From NCBI GenBank assembly GCA_963771045.1, contig CAVYRW010000001.1, positions 2,211-66,210 of the forward strand: a DNA stretch of 64,000 nucleotides, read 5' to 3'. Shown here piece after piece: positions 51,798-61,862 of this stretch. The stretch is from Waddliaceae bacterium. GTDB taxonomy: Bacteria; Chlamydiota; Chlamydiia; Chlamydiales; SLFE01. A program made the position numbers and the translations under genes. Within the stretch, counting starts at the first letter, position 1, and every line of letters starts with the position of its first letter. The notes under the pieces were generated by a model. It was given only the letters and a program-made list of their open reading frames with translations, did not search any database and was not told the DNA's origin.

Positions 51798-52418
51798 CGC
51801 TTACCGTATTGGCGTTTGAGCTCTCCAATACCTTGGACTCCGCGTTCTGCATCAGAGCTCTCCTAGCAGCATTGGAAATCAGCCAACCACAAATCTTCAA
51901 TACGGACCAGGGAGTTCAGTTCACGAGCCATGATTTCACGTCGGTTTTGAAAGAGTACGGCATCCAGATTAGCATGGATGGGAAGGGTAGGGCCATTGAT
52001 AACGTTTTCATCGAATGTTTATGGCGGTCGGTGAAGTACGAGCTGATCTACCCCAATGATATCGACTCTGTGCCCTATCTCTACGACGGATTAAAAGACT
52101 ATTTTCGGTTTTATAACACTGAAAGATATCACCAAGCACTAGGCAATCAGCGACCGGTAGAGCTGTACACGCTAGGAAAGCACGCGAGAACTTTTATTTA
52201 GCCTCTTTGAATGGCTTTACGGAGTCTTGCTCCTAAAAAGCCCCTGCTAAGGATGGGTTGTAAAACTGGGGGCTTTGCCCCCAGACCTCCGGAAAGACGC
52301 TCAGTGGCCGTAGGTCTCTCCTTGTGGGAGCCTCGGCCTCACTGAGAAAACTTCTTCCAGGTTTGGGACTTAACTTAAAAAGTCCTTGAATCCTGTCCAA
52401 CGTATGGGGTCCACCTCA
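51798..52418 (+). mobile_element. IS3-family 3' remnant (integrase core and right end)
   Basis: IFNTDQG.QFTS and SMDGKGRA.DN.FIE.LWRSVKYE motifs; right end TGTCCAACGTATGGGGTCCACCTCA. Confidence 0.85.
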
Positions 52419-52597
52419 GAATTAGTGATTTGACTACGACTTGCCACACTTAACCCACTCAAGCTATCGATTTTTCGAATATTTTCATGTCATTTAATAT
52501 TAGAGATTTGAGATATACTTCAGTCCGTTGTCTTCGTTCACACCGACTTTCCAAATACCCTGTAAATAACTTTTTCCACCTCGCTATAGTGCTTTCA

Positions 52598-52785
52598 ACC
52601 GTGATTGTGACCTAATCTGAGGTTGGGCGCTACAGATAGAGGAGAAATTTATCGAAAGATGATCTTCAGCTGTAGATGATTGGCCTCATTGGTTATTATG
52701 ATTTTCTTTAAAAATGGAGGAAATCATGATCAATCAAGTTATTACTATTGGGATAATCGTCCCCCTCAGTGATTTTAGCAATCCA
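52598..52785 (+). mobile_element. IS982-derived deleted remnant
   Basis: Reverse-complement match to about 23450-23648, fused to the 3' CTCAGTGATTTTAGCAA segment. Confidence 0.8.
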
Positions 52786-53448
52786 TCTTCGTTTTTCTAT
52801 AATTTCGGGCACAAACGACGTGTCACTTACATATTCTTTTGTCAGGTCTACAAACAAAATTTCTTGAGTCTCTTCATCAGCTGCAAGGTGCAATTTTCGC
52901 CATTCACGTCTTTTGCCGGGTCCATGTTTTTTGACTTTCCACTCACCCTCTCCGTACATCTTAAGCCCTGTAGCATCAACGACAACATGTTTAACAGCTT
53001 TATTTTTTAGAAGATGCTTGGGAAACTTAAGTTTTTTCATCCTCTTACATATTTGAGTGTAACATGGTACGGGAAGATCAACTCCTAAAATTCTAATCAA
53101 AGATCTAAGATACCCTTCCAGAGCACGGTAAGAAAGTTTGAGGATAAATTTGATGGTCAGCGCAGTTTCAATAACTGTATCTGAAAAGATGAAAGGTGCT
53201 CCTTTTTTCCCTTTTTGAGCCTTTGCCTTCCAAGATTCGATGGCTTTTTTGTGAATCCAGAAAGTTAGACTTCCACGATTTGCCAGGGATTTGTTATACT
53301 CAGACCAGTCACGTTTTTTGTGGCTCATGGGGCATCTTCCTTTGTGCAAAAAAAAGAGTTTACCCCTGTTTTTTTTCTCCTATCAAGTCTCAATTTTGAT
53401 CTTAGCTAATTTTTTTCATTTTTTCATAAGGAATTAGGCAACACATCC
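52786..53448 (-). mobile_element. Truncated second IS903-type element
   Basis: WSEYNKSL.NRGSLTFW and DATGLKMYGEGEW motifs; left end GGATGTGTTGCCTAA; C-terminus missing. Confidence 0.88.
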
Positions 53449-53545
53449 CACCAGATGTGTAAAAATTCCTCATTCATTTTTCTCGTTTATTAAAAAATGA
53501 ATAAATCATTGCTTTCTAATTGAAAATTCTTATTCTTTTAACCTT

Positions 53546-53998
53546 ATGAATATCCAAATGACTGAATCCGATCGTAAGGAACTCTTTCAAAAGTTTTTCG
53601 ATCATGAAAAGATTGCATGGCAAAGATCCGGCGATTGCATGGAACTTCGTATCGATGATGGCTTGTTTATCTGCGCTGATAAAGCCGAGAAGTATGATGT
53701 TTTTTTGAGACAGTACGGGTTTCCGTCAATGAGAAGAAACTCTGCAATGACTTATTATTCAGTAGGTATTATTACCTTGGTATGCCGTATCCCTTTGGAA
53801 CATTTCGCGGCCAAGATCAACAGCATGTCAGAGCTTTCTGAGTGGGAAAGGTCGAAATTCATTCTTGCTACAAAAGATGTGCACCTGATCTCAGGCAAAC
53901 TTCTTTGTCTTCCAAATGAAGCGCAAACGACTCCGGAGATTAATGCCATGCTCAAACAAGCGGCTCTCTACCGCCTGAAGAAGCACAATCAAGTCTAA
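53546..53998 (+). CDS. Hypothetical protein
   Basis: 150-aa ORF in an AT-rich island. Confidence 0.55.
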   Translation: MNIQMTESDRKELFQKFFDHEKIAWQRSGDCMELRIDDGLFICADKAEKYDVFLRQYGFPSMRRNSAMTYYSVGIITLVCRIPLEHFAAKINSMSELSEWERSKFILATKDVHLISGKLLCLPNEAQTTPEINAMLKQAALYRLKKHNQV

Positions 53999-54033
53999 GC
54001 TGCCGTATAAATGAAGCAACTCAACAAAAAATA

Positions 54034-54148
54034 ATTGAAATACAGAGGCACAAAGTGTGCCATGCGGGTGAATCAAAGTGTTACCTATGATAGTGAACTG
54101 TACCCCCAATTAGGCTTTCTCTGCGACTTAGTGTCTCTTTGTTTCAAT
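54034..54148. repeat. Inverted ACAGAG(G/A)CAC repeat pair with no cargo gene
   Basis: ATTGAAATACAGAGGCACAAAGT and ACTTAGTGTCTCTTTGTTTCAAT (19/23 inverted match). Confidence 0.6.
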
Positions 54149-54169
54149 CATTCTTCAACCCCTTCAAGC

Positions 54170-54329
54170 CTAGTACCCTATCAACTTAAAGATTTAGGTT
54201 GTTTGACTCATCTTTTCCCGCTCGGCTTTGTGCTCGTGCTTAACAAGTTGCCTGCGCACTCCGCCCTCCGCCGAGTGGAAAAATCTTAAGCGCAAACAAT
54301 CCTAAATTTTAATGTTGAAAGAGCACTAG
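54170..54329. repeat. 160-bp CTAG-ended MITE, copy 2 (complete)
   Basis: CTAGTACCCTATCAACTTAAAGATTTAGG ... CCTAAATTTTAATGTTGAAAGAGCACTAG. Confidence 0.88.
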
Positions 54330-54408
54330 GCCAAATCCTTTGTCTTGACCTCTAATTTTTAAACCATATATAGTTACAGACTTGATTTTTATAAGCAGGA
54401 GATTTTTT

Positions 54409-54810
54409 ATGAATCCGATAAATGCTCATCGTTCGACCCATGACCAACAGGTTTTCGAGAAAAAAGATGCCGTTAAAGAAAGCCTTGTGGAACTACAGAA
54501 AAAAATCTGGACTCCTCCTGAATCTTCAAGAACTGTATGTATCTTAAGCGCTGAAAGAAGGTTTCGTATTTGGCGAAGAAATCAACAAAATAGTGTAAAA
54601 AATCCCCTTTGTCTTTTAGTGAGGTGGCTTCATGAAGATGATGGTATTGTGTTGATCCGTAATTACGGTGAATTCACATCATTAGTCAGAAAGTTGAATG
54701 AAAAAGCTTTTAAAGATTTTGTCTACAATCACAAATGCTATAGTTTTCTCGATGACCCGATTATAGTTAGGCTTTTTTTTGGATCTGGTTTCATAAAGAG
54801 GGCAGTATGA
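54409..54810 (+). CDS. Hypothetical protein
   Basis: ORF with an AGGAG RBS before ATG 54409. Confidence 0.5.
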   Translation: MNPINAHRSTHDQQVFEKKDAVKESLVELQKKIWTPPESSRTVCILSAERRFRIWRRNQQNSVKNPLCLLVRWLHEDDGIVLIRNYGEFTSLVRKLNEKAFKDFVYNHKCYSFLDDPIIVRLFFGSGFIKRAV

Positions 54811-55044
54811 TTTCTCGGCATGAAGATTTCGTCCAATTGGCTTCTATGCTGAATTCAGCTGGATACATTATCCCAAAGCCACCTTCGAGAGCGGAGTTTT
54901 AAAAAGCTTATTTACAAAAACCCAATTTTTCATGTATCTTGTAATTTTTCTTTTACTGAATGTTATTTTTTTTAGACAAAGCTTAAGACTTTTGGATGGA
55001 ATATGTCGTTTAATTTAGAAAATGAAGAAGCTCTATCCGTATGG

Positions 55045-56283
55045 CAGGGAAATTGCATGAAGAAATTATTTAACACTTTCCCGTCAAAATATTTATCATA
55101 TACTGCTTATTCCAACCTGCTTTTGATCGCTTATTTTTGATACCTGCTTTTGTTTTCTTGTCTGCTTTAAGTAAATTCAAAGTTGATCGTCGAATTATCG
55201 AAAAATTTTCCGCACCATTATCTTTTCGAACTTTGCTTCCATCTTCTCCATAAGAAACATCAAGCTGCCAATGAAGTTTGTTTTCAATCGACCAATGACT
55301 CCTTATGGCTTTTCCTATTCTTTCCGCATCGCCCTTTATACTTGATATATAATACCTTAGCTCTACTGTCTCTTTCTCTTTTACAATCCTTGTGCTCCTT
55401 ACACAAGCCAGAGATGATAAACCTTTCCATTCTTCCACTTGCGGCAACCAATCAAGATTCGATGTTACCCACACCTCTCTTTTCTCAAAACGATTTCTTG
55501 ATTTTTCCTCCGTTATATAGTATTCACATTCAGCTTCTTCCGGCTTAAGGTTAAGCGCTTGATTAAAAAAATGTTCCGCTTCAGCGTATAAATTTTCCTG
55601 ATTCCTCTTAAGTCCGAATACGTAATCGCCTCCTTTTTCGCGGATTAGAGATGCGATTGTTTTTTGGCAGCCAGCTGCATCTATTGTCACAGTAGCTTTT
55701 TTTAAATCCAACATCTCAATCAATAATGGAAATGCTGTTATCTCATTTGATTTGGCCTCAGTGGCCAATTGCCCTAATACAAGATCATTCTCGGCTGAGA
55801 ATGCGCTTACCAAATGAATAGCTTGTGTACCGCAACTTTTAGAGTTGCAAATAGTCTTTCCATCCAAAGCTATGACACCTTCAACGGCTTTAGAAATTTT
55901 CTGGGTCCAAGAGAGGAAACATTTTTCGAATGCAACAGGGTCTACATAGCGGAAAAAACGACTAAAAGTATCATGTGAAGGAGTACCATTTTCTCCAATG
56001 CCGTACTGTTTAAGCCAGTCTTGGTTAGATTCGCCCCATAAGGCGACATCAACCCAGTCATCGGCACCACAAAGAACCCCGAGTATGGCTATAGTTAAAA
56101 TATCGAATAACGGATATTTTTGATTTCTCGATTCCCTAGGATCAGGCAGGACGGAAAAGCTAATCATGATTGATGTCTCACTTATAAGATTTTGAGATGA
56201 CATTATATACCTCCATTTTAAGAAGGTAAAGTCTTCAAAATCTGGCTTGACATGTCAAATCATTTCTTCATGCAATTTCCCTG
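55045..56283 (-). mobile_element. ISAs1-family element
   Basis: 21-bp IRs CAGGGAAATTGCATGAAGAAA; 10-bp TSD ATCCGTATGG at 55035-55044 and 56284-56293. Confidence 0.95.
55070..56203 (-). CDS. ISAs1 transposase
   Basis: PDPR, PSHDTF, IALDGK, KSNEITA, TIDA.GCQ and HWSIENKLHW.LDV motifs. Confidence 0.96.
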   Translation of the reverse strand: MSSQNLISETSIMISFSVLPDPRESRNQKYPLFDILTIAILGVLCGADDWVDVALWGESNQDWLKQYGIGENGTPSHDTFSRFFRYVDPVAFEKCFLSWTQKISKAVEGVIALDGKTICNSKSCGTQAIHLVSAFSAENDLVLGQLATEAKSNEITAFPLLIEMLDLKKATVTIDAAGCQKTIASLIREKGGDYVFGLKRNQENLYAEAEHFFNQALNLKPEEAECEYYITEEKSRNRFEKREVWVTSNLDWLPQVEEWKGLSSLACVRSTRIVKEKETVELRYYISSIKGDAERIGKAIRSHWSIENKLHWQLDVSYGEDGSKVRKDNGAENFSIIRRSTLNLLKADKKTKAGIKNKRSKAGWNKQYMINILTGKC

Positions 56284-58799
56284 ATCCGTATGGTGGCGTT
56301 ACTCTGTTGTGATTGTCATGATCATTGGATTTTCTATTCTCGGATTCATTACCAATCTGGCTTACGAGAATGCACCCCCTATTCCTGAAAAAGTAATCGA
56401 TGTCAATAATCAAGTTATTTTCACGAAGGAAAATATCCAAAATGGGCAGTCTGTTTTTTTAAAGTATAATTTGATGGAACATGGAACTCTGTGGGGTCAT
56501 GGCGCTTATTTAGGACATGACTATACTGCAGAATACCTGCATCAGGAATTCTTAAGCTTTAGAGACTATATTGCTCAAAAAAATACCGGACAAATGTTTG
56601 AAGAACTCTCCGAGGAAGAGCAGTCTAGAATCAAAAGTACTATCCCTGCCATTCTTAAAAAGAATCGATTTAATGATGGAAACAGGAATTCTTGTTTTTG
56701 TTCCTGAAGAAGTTGATGCTTACCAACATGCTAAAAAATACTGGAACACTTATTTCAATTCAGGACTTGCTCCAGGTTTACCTAAAAATTATATAAACGA
56801 TCCCGAGGATATCGAAAACTTAACATCTTTTTTTTCTTGGGCAAGTTGGGCAGCCGTCACGAACAGGCCTGGAGAAAATTGTTCATATACAAACAATTTC
56901 CCCTACGATCCTGACTATAGGAAATTTTCCATGTGCTGATTCTTACTTCTGGAGTGCCATGAGCCTGATTTTTTTATTAGGAGCTATCGGGCTCATCTTA
57001 TTTCTTTTCGGAAAATTCAATTTTCTTGGGTGGAATGCAGATCAGAAGCCACGTCATTACCATCAAAATCATCTGGAAATTTTGCCCTTAACAAAAGGGC
57101 AACAAGCAACTATGCCGTTTTTTGCTGTTGTTGCTATCCTCTTTGTTCTGCAAGCATTAACAGGTGGTCTAATCGCACATTATCGAGTAGAGCCAACATT
57201 TTATAGTATCGCTATCGCAGAATGGATCCCTTATAACTTAGGAAGAACATGGCACTTGCAGCTTGCTATTTTTTGGATTGCAACAGCCTGGGTAGGCGCA
57301 GGTCTATTTATCGCACCAATGCTTAGCAGAGCCGAACCCAAGAACCAAAAATTAGGCATCCAAATTCTATTATTTGCACTTATCATCGTTGTTTTAGGAA
57401 GCATGTTCGGAGAATATTTAAGCTTCAATGGTTGTTTGAGGGGTGAATACTGGTTCTGGTTTGGTAATCAAGGCTCTGAATATCTAGATTTAGGACGTTT
57501 TTGGCAATATCTGCTTATTACAGGATTCTTCTTTTGGTTATGGCTTCTTTTTAGAGCGCTGCGTCCTGCTTTTTCAAATCCTAGATTGAAAGAATTCAGT
57601 TTTTTATTTTTCTTAGCTGCCGCAGCAATTCCTATTTTTTATATTCCAGCACTATTTTATCATCATCAAACTAATTTTACTGTGATTGATAATTGGAGAT
57701 TTTGGATTATTCATCTTTGGGTAGAAGGTTTTTTTGAAGTTTTTGCCACTGTTTTAGCAGCCACAATCTTTGTTCAAATGGGAGTTACACGATTAATTAC
57801 AGCAAAGAGAGTTATCTATCTGGATATCATTCTCTATCTAGGCTCCGGAGTTGTAGGAACCGGACACCATTGGTATTTTACAGGCCAAACGAACATCAAT
57901 ATGGCTTTGTCTGCTTGTTTTTCTGCGATGGAAGTTGTTCCTCTTACTTTATTAACTCTCGATGCATGGGATTTTATTCGGGTTTCTCGTCATCAATGCG
58001 AAGAATGCGGTAAGTTTTTGGCCTCTCCTCAAAAATGGACCATTTATTATTTAATTTCAGTAGGCATATGGAATTTTATAGGTGCAGGCATCTTTGGTTT
58101 TTTAATTAATTTACCCATTATTTCTTATTTTGAAGTAGGAACAAACTTGACTCCGAACCATGGACATGCTGCGATGTTTGGAGTTTTTGGAATGTTAGCG
58201 CTGGCTGTCATCATGTTCTGCATGCGCTCAATGCAATCCGAAAGTATTTGGAGCAAAACTGAAAAATGGGTAAAAATTGGTTTTTGGGGACTTAACATCG
58301 GTATGGGTTTAATGGTTGTTGTCGATCTATTCCCTTCAGGAGTTATTCAATTATGGGACTCCATGATAAATGGTTACTGGCACGCACGGCATGAAAATTT
58401 TATAATGAATGGACTTTTTCATAAACTGGAATGGATAAGAATGGGTGCCGACACTATATTTATTGTATTCGGAGTCTTACCGACAGCAGCAGCTATTCTC
58501 ATCACATATCTATCCAAAGAAAATAAACTCATTAGAAAATAAATGGAATTTTCAAGTAGAAATCTTTGATCTTTTTCCAATTAAACCCGTGATTGCATGT
58601 GAGAATGATGCTCTTTCGCTCATACCTCTCAGACAATTAGTTCAAAAAGCACACTGGTCTTGTGACTGCCTATTTGGACGTCCCCAAAGCCATCCAGAAT
58701 TAAACAATCAAATTTATCGAGCTTATTGAGGACAGAAGGATGTCAAACGACATCAGAAAGTAATCCATTTACGAAGGGTTAGAGAGGAAGTTTCTCTAG

Positions 58800-59210
58800 T
58801 CTATTCACCATGAAACCTTTAATACGTTCAAGAATTAAGGCTACCACTTTGAGCACAACTTTAAATATGGATACAAAAATCTAAGCACAGTCTTTGCTAT
58901 GTTTATGATGTTAGCATTCCTGATAGATCAGACAAAGCAGCTATGCTGTGGATTATTTCAGGATGCTTTGAAGCAATCAAGATCAAAAAAATATACTTCT
59001 GAAGAACCATCAGAGAGTTAAAAGAAATTTACGTTTTAAACATCTCGTAAAACCAAAGTTCAGCAGTGGCAGCTTTAATTTCTTGAAGCCCAGATTTTTA
59101 GGACAACGTAAATGGATAATATTTTCATGCGATACCTTATGCCTTCAAAAATTGAGGAGTATGAAATGATAGTAGAATGACTTCAAATTATTATTTCACG
59201 GGAATGGCTG
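58800..59210 (+). mobile_element. Degenerate transposase remnant (ISNCY/IS4-like) with right end
   Basis: ETFNTFKN*GYHFEHNF.YG.KNLSTVFA.FMMLAFLIDQ peptide; end CACGGGAATGGCTG. Confidence 0.65.
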
Positions 59211-59299
59211 GTCTCATATTTTTTCCCTTGAAAACTGCTGTTGTTTCTGGCAACCTTGATGGTACCATTCATGTTTATTCAGACAAATAGGTACCTTTT

Positions 59300-60937
59300 A
59301 TGCTAGAAAATTATGAAGCATTTTCATCGAAGGAAGTCGAGATTTTGGAGAATTATGTGACAAACACCTCCGGACGCATCTTCTGCCTTCGCAACTTGCC
59401 CGAGGTCATTAAAGGGGCTCTTTTTTCCCGCTATTCGCGCTCTTCTTTAGGTCTCAGGGCGCTGCTTCTCAAAGAGTTTATACTCAACGACGAGGAGACG
59501 GCATTCGGGGAAATCGTTCCCGCCTCGGGAGAGGATGAAGACAATCAGATACTGGCTTTGAAAAAAGCTCAGAATTTTTATGACCGTATTTTAGACGGTT
59601 ATGGAGACGATTCTATCGGCGAGCTTGGAGGGGCCCATCTCGCAATTGAAAACGTTTCGATGCTGGGAGCCAAGATCATTGAAGACCGCCGCATCGGGGG
59701 CTCGCCCTTGGAGAAGTCGACCCGCTACATTTATTTCGACCAGAAGGTAGGAGGGGAGTATCTCTTTTACAGAGAGCCGGTCCTGATGACTTCGGCCTTT
59801 AGGGATGTGTATGTCAACACGTGCAATATGCTTTTCGAGACCTACAGCAAGCTGATACCGCCGTTAACGACTCTTATGGAAGACAAATATTCTAAGGAAG
59901 AGGGAATTTCAACCGGGGCTTACAAAGCGTCTATCCGAGCCAAAGTCCTCGACTGCCTTCGCGGCCTTCTTCCCGCAGGGACCCTGACCAATATGGGAAT
60001 TTATGGGAACGGCCGTTTTTTCGAGAGTATGATCCAGCGGCTTCATTGTCACAATCTCGCCGAACTTCAGGATATCGGAAAAATTGCGCAGGAAGAACTT
60101 GGAAAAATTATCCCCTCGTTTATCCGGCGCTCCGATCCCGAACATCGGACGCAGCAGGGATTTGTGAAGTTTAAAGAGGCTATGGACCAGGCAATCGAGC
60201 TGATCACCGAACAAAATACTGAATTTGAGGGCAAGTCGACAGAACCGGGCGTCCGTCTGCTGTCCTGGGATCCTGACGCTGCAGCAAATGTCGCCGCGGC
60301 ACTCTTATTTGAGTGCTCCGACAAGGGGCTTCACGAGCTTCGCCAACATTGCAAAAACTTGCCTGGCGAGGAGATCGCCAGGATTTTAGACGCCGGATGC
60401 AGCGCCAGAGAGAATCGGCGCCATAAGAGCCCAAGAGCTTTAGAACACGCCGAACTGACCTTTGAAATCATTGCCGATTTTGGAGCTTATCGGGACCTTC
60501 ATCGGCACCGCATTCTCACGCAGGAAAGGCAGCTTTTGACCTGCGACTACGGGTTTTATACTCCTGTCGAGCTCCAAGGACTTGATGTAGAAGCAGAGTA
60601 TGTGGAGGCGATGTGCAGGGCAAAAGAGGTTTACGATGCCATTGCCGAGGAGCTTCCCGAGGAAGCGCAGTATGTTGTTCCCATGGCCTACAATATCCGC
60701 TGGTATTTTCATGTGAACCTCCGCGCTCTTCAGTGGATTACCGAGCTCCGGTCATCTCCTGCCGGCCATCCCAACTATCGCTACATTGCCCAAGAGATGG
60801 CCCGACAGGTTTCGGAAAAGATTCCCGAGTTCGAGAGGTTTTTCAAATTTGTCGACTATAAAGGCTACGATCTCGGCCGTCTCGGCCAGGAGCAGCGAAA
60901 AGTCGAAAAGATGAAACTCAACTCCCAAAGTCGATAA
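59300..60937 (+). CDS. thyX: Flavin-dependent thymidylate synthase (long tandem-domain form)
   Basis: SPLEKSTRY, RDLHRHR and ELRS...GH..YR motifs; 545 aa. Confidence 0.92.
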   Translation: MLENYEAFSSKEVEILENYVTNTSGRIFCLRNLPEVIKGALFSRYSRSSLGLRALLLKEFILNDEETAFGEIVPASGEDEDNQILALKKAQNFYDRILDGYGDDSIGELGGAHLAIENVSMLGAKIIEDRRIGGSPLEKSTRYIYFDQKVGGEYLFYREPVLMTSAFRDVYVNTCNMLFETYSKLIPPLTTLMEDKYSKEEGISTGAYKASIRAKVLDCLRGLLPAGTLTNMGIYGNGRFFESMIQRLHCHNLAELQDIGKIAQEELGKIIPSFIRRSDPEHRTQQGFVKFKEAMDQAIELITEQNTEFEGKSTEPGVRLLSWDPDAAANVAAALLFECSDKGLHELRQHCKNLPGEEIARILDAGCSARENRRHKSPRALEHAELTFEIIADFGAYRDLHRHRILTQERQLLTCDYGFYTPVELQGLDVEAEYVEAMCRAKEVYDAIAEELPEEAQYVVPMAYNIRWYFHVNLRALQWITELRSSPAGHPNYRYIAQEMARQVSEKIPEFERFFKFVDYKGYDLGRLGQEQRKVEKMKLNSQSR

Positions 60938-61727
60938 GAAGATCCGATTTCTGCGGCCTCTCCGGAATTGGCTGCTCGGAAAAAGGGTCCCAAATTGGCT
61001 CCGATTTAGGAGGCGGAGGAAATTGAAAATCAGGCCAGTCCCCCTTCTCATCGTTTGAGGTCGAACAATCTGAAGCGTATGAGCTTTCGGTTTCCGAGCT
61101 GCTTGACGTCGTAGGGGGGGGGACATGCGTATTTTTAACCTTCCGATCGGACCTATTTTGAGGCTCCCGCGGATCAGTCTCCAGGTTTTCAAAATAATGT
61201 TCAAAGTCAATTTCTTCAGTGATTTGCTTTATTTGCAAATTAGGCATTGAGGCAGAAAACCTTGTTAGAGCTTTTTTCTGCTGCCCCGGAGTCTCAGCCT
61301 CAGAAATTGTGCTTTGATAAATTTTAGACAATCTTTCCTTATCACATAGGTGTTGTTTTGCTATTTGATTAATCAGATTCTTTTTTCTTTTTTTATTGCA
61401 CTTCCAGATTTTTTGCTGTCCCAAAGTCAATTTAAAGAACCATGTGCGGACATAAATCTGCATTTTTTCTACAGCTGAGTCATTTTGTTCAATTGTGGAC
61501 TTTGGTATGCATTCTCGAAGCGTTATTGTATCCTTTTGTATTTTATCTGATACACGACTATAAACCCCTAAACTTTCTATTTGCCCAATGATTTCTACAA
61601 AAATTTTCCAGATTAGGTAGCAGTCGGCAACAGTTTGGCAATGATTTCTGCCTACGGTTCCCTGAGATAGGGCCTGTTCTTCGGCATAGTGTTTATCTGT
61701 CTCAGTAATGTGGTGTTTGTATATCAT
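60918..61727 (-). CDS. Hypothetical protein with a disordered C-terminus bearing eukaryotic-like linear motifs
   Basis: 269-aa ORF with an AGGAG RBS; ends ...DFQFPPPPKSEPIWDPFSEQ...DLLIDFGS. Confidence 0.7.
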   Translation of the reverse strand: MIYKHHITETDKHYAEEQALSQGTVGRNHCQTVADCYLIWKIFVEIIGQIESLGVYSRVSDKIQKDTITLRECIPKSTIEQNDSAVEKMQIYVRTWFFKLTLGQQKIWKCNKKRKKNLINQIAKQHLCDKERLSKIYQSTISEAETPGQQKKALTRFSASMPNLQIKQITEEIDFEHYFENLETDPREPQNRSDRKVKNTHVPPPTTSSSSETESSYASDCSTSNDEKGDWPDFQFPPPPKSEPIWDPFSEQPIPERPQKSDLLIDFGS

Positions 61728-61786
61728 GATTAACTCCTTTGCAATAATGCTTCAAAGTTTTAATAATAAAACCTTTATTTTTCAAC

Positions 61787-61815
61787 CCTAAATTTTAATG
61801 TTGACAGAGCACTAG
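61787..61815. repeat. Solo right end of the CTAG MITE
   Basis: CCTAAATTTTAATGTTGACAGAGCACTAG, identical to the end of copy 1. Confidence 0.8.
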
Positions 61816-61862
61816 CCTAGTTATTGAGAATAATCGTTTGAGCTGGTAGACTTATTGAACCC

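Larger units (their letters stand above)
55003..58542 (+). pseudogene. norB: Quinol-dependent nitric oxide reductase (qNOR), ISAs1-interrupted and frameshifted
   Basis: GHGAYLG.DYTA, YTNNFPYDP, HLQLAIFWI, HLWVEG, GTGHH and HGH motifs; the first 14 codons lie before the IS. Confidence 0.9.

Noticed and set aside
54035-54289. 84-aa ORF
   Set aside because: It runs entirely across two repeat elements and is probably spurious.
53546-54810. Paralogy between the two orphan ORFs (shared DDG motif)
   Set aside because: The similarity is too short to support without an alignment.
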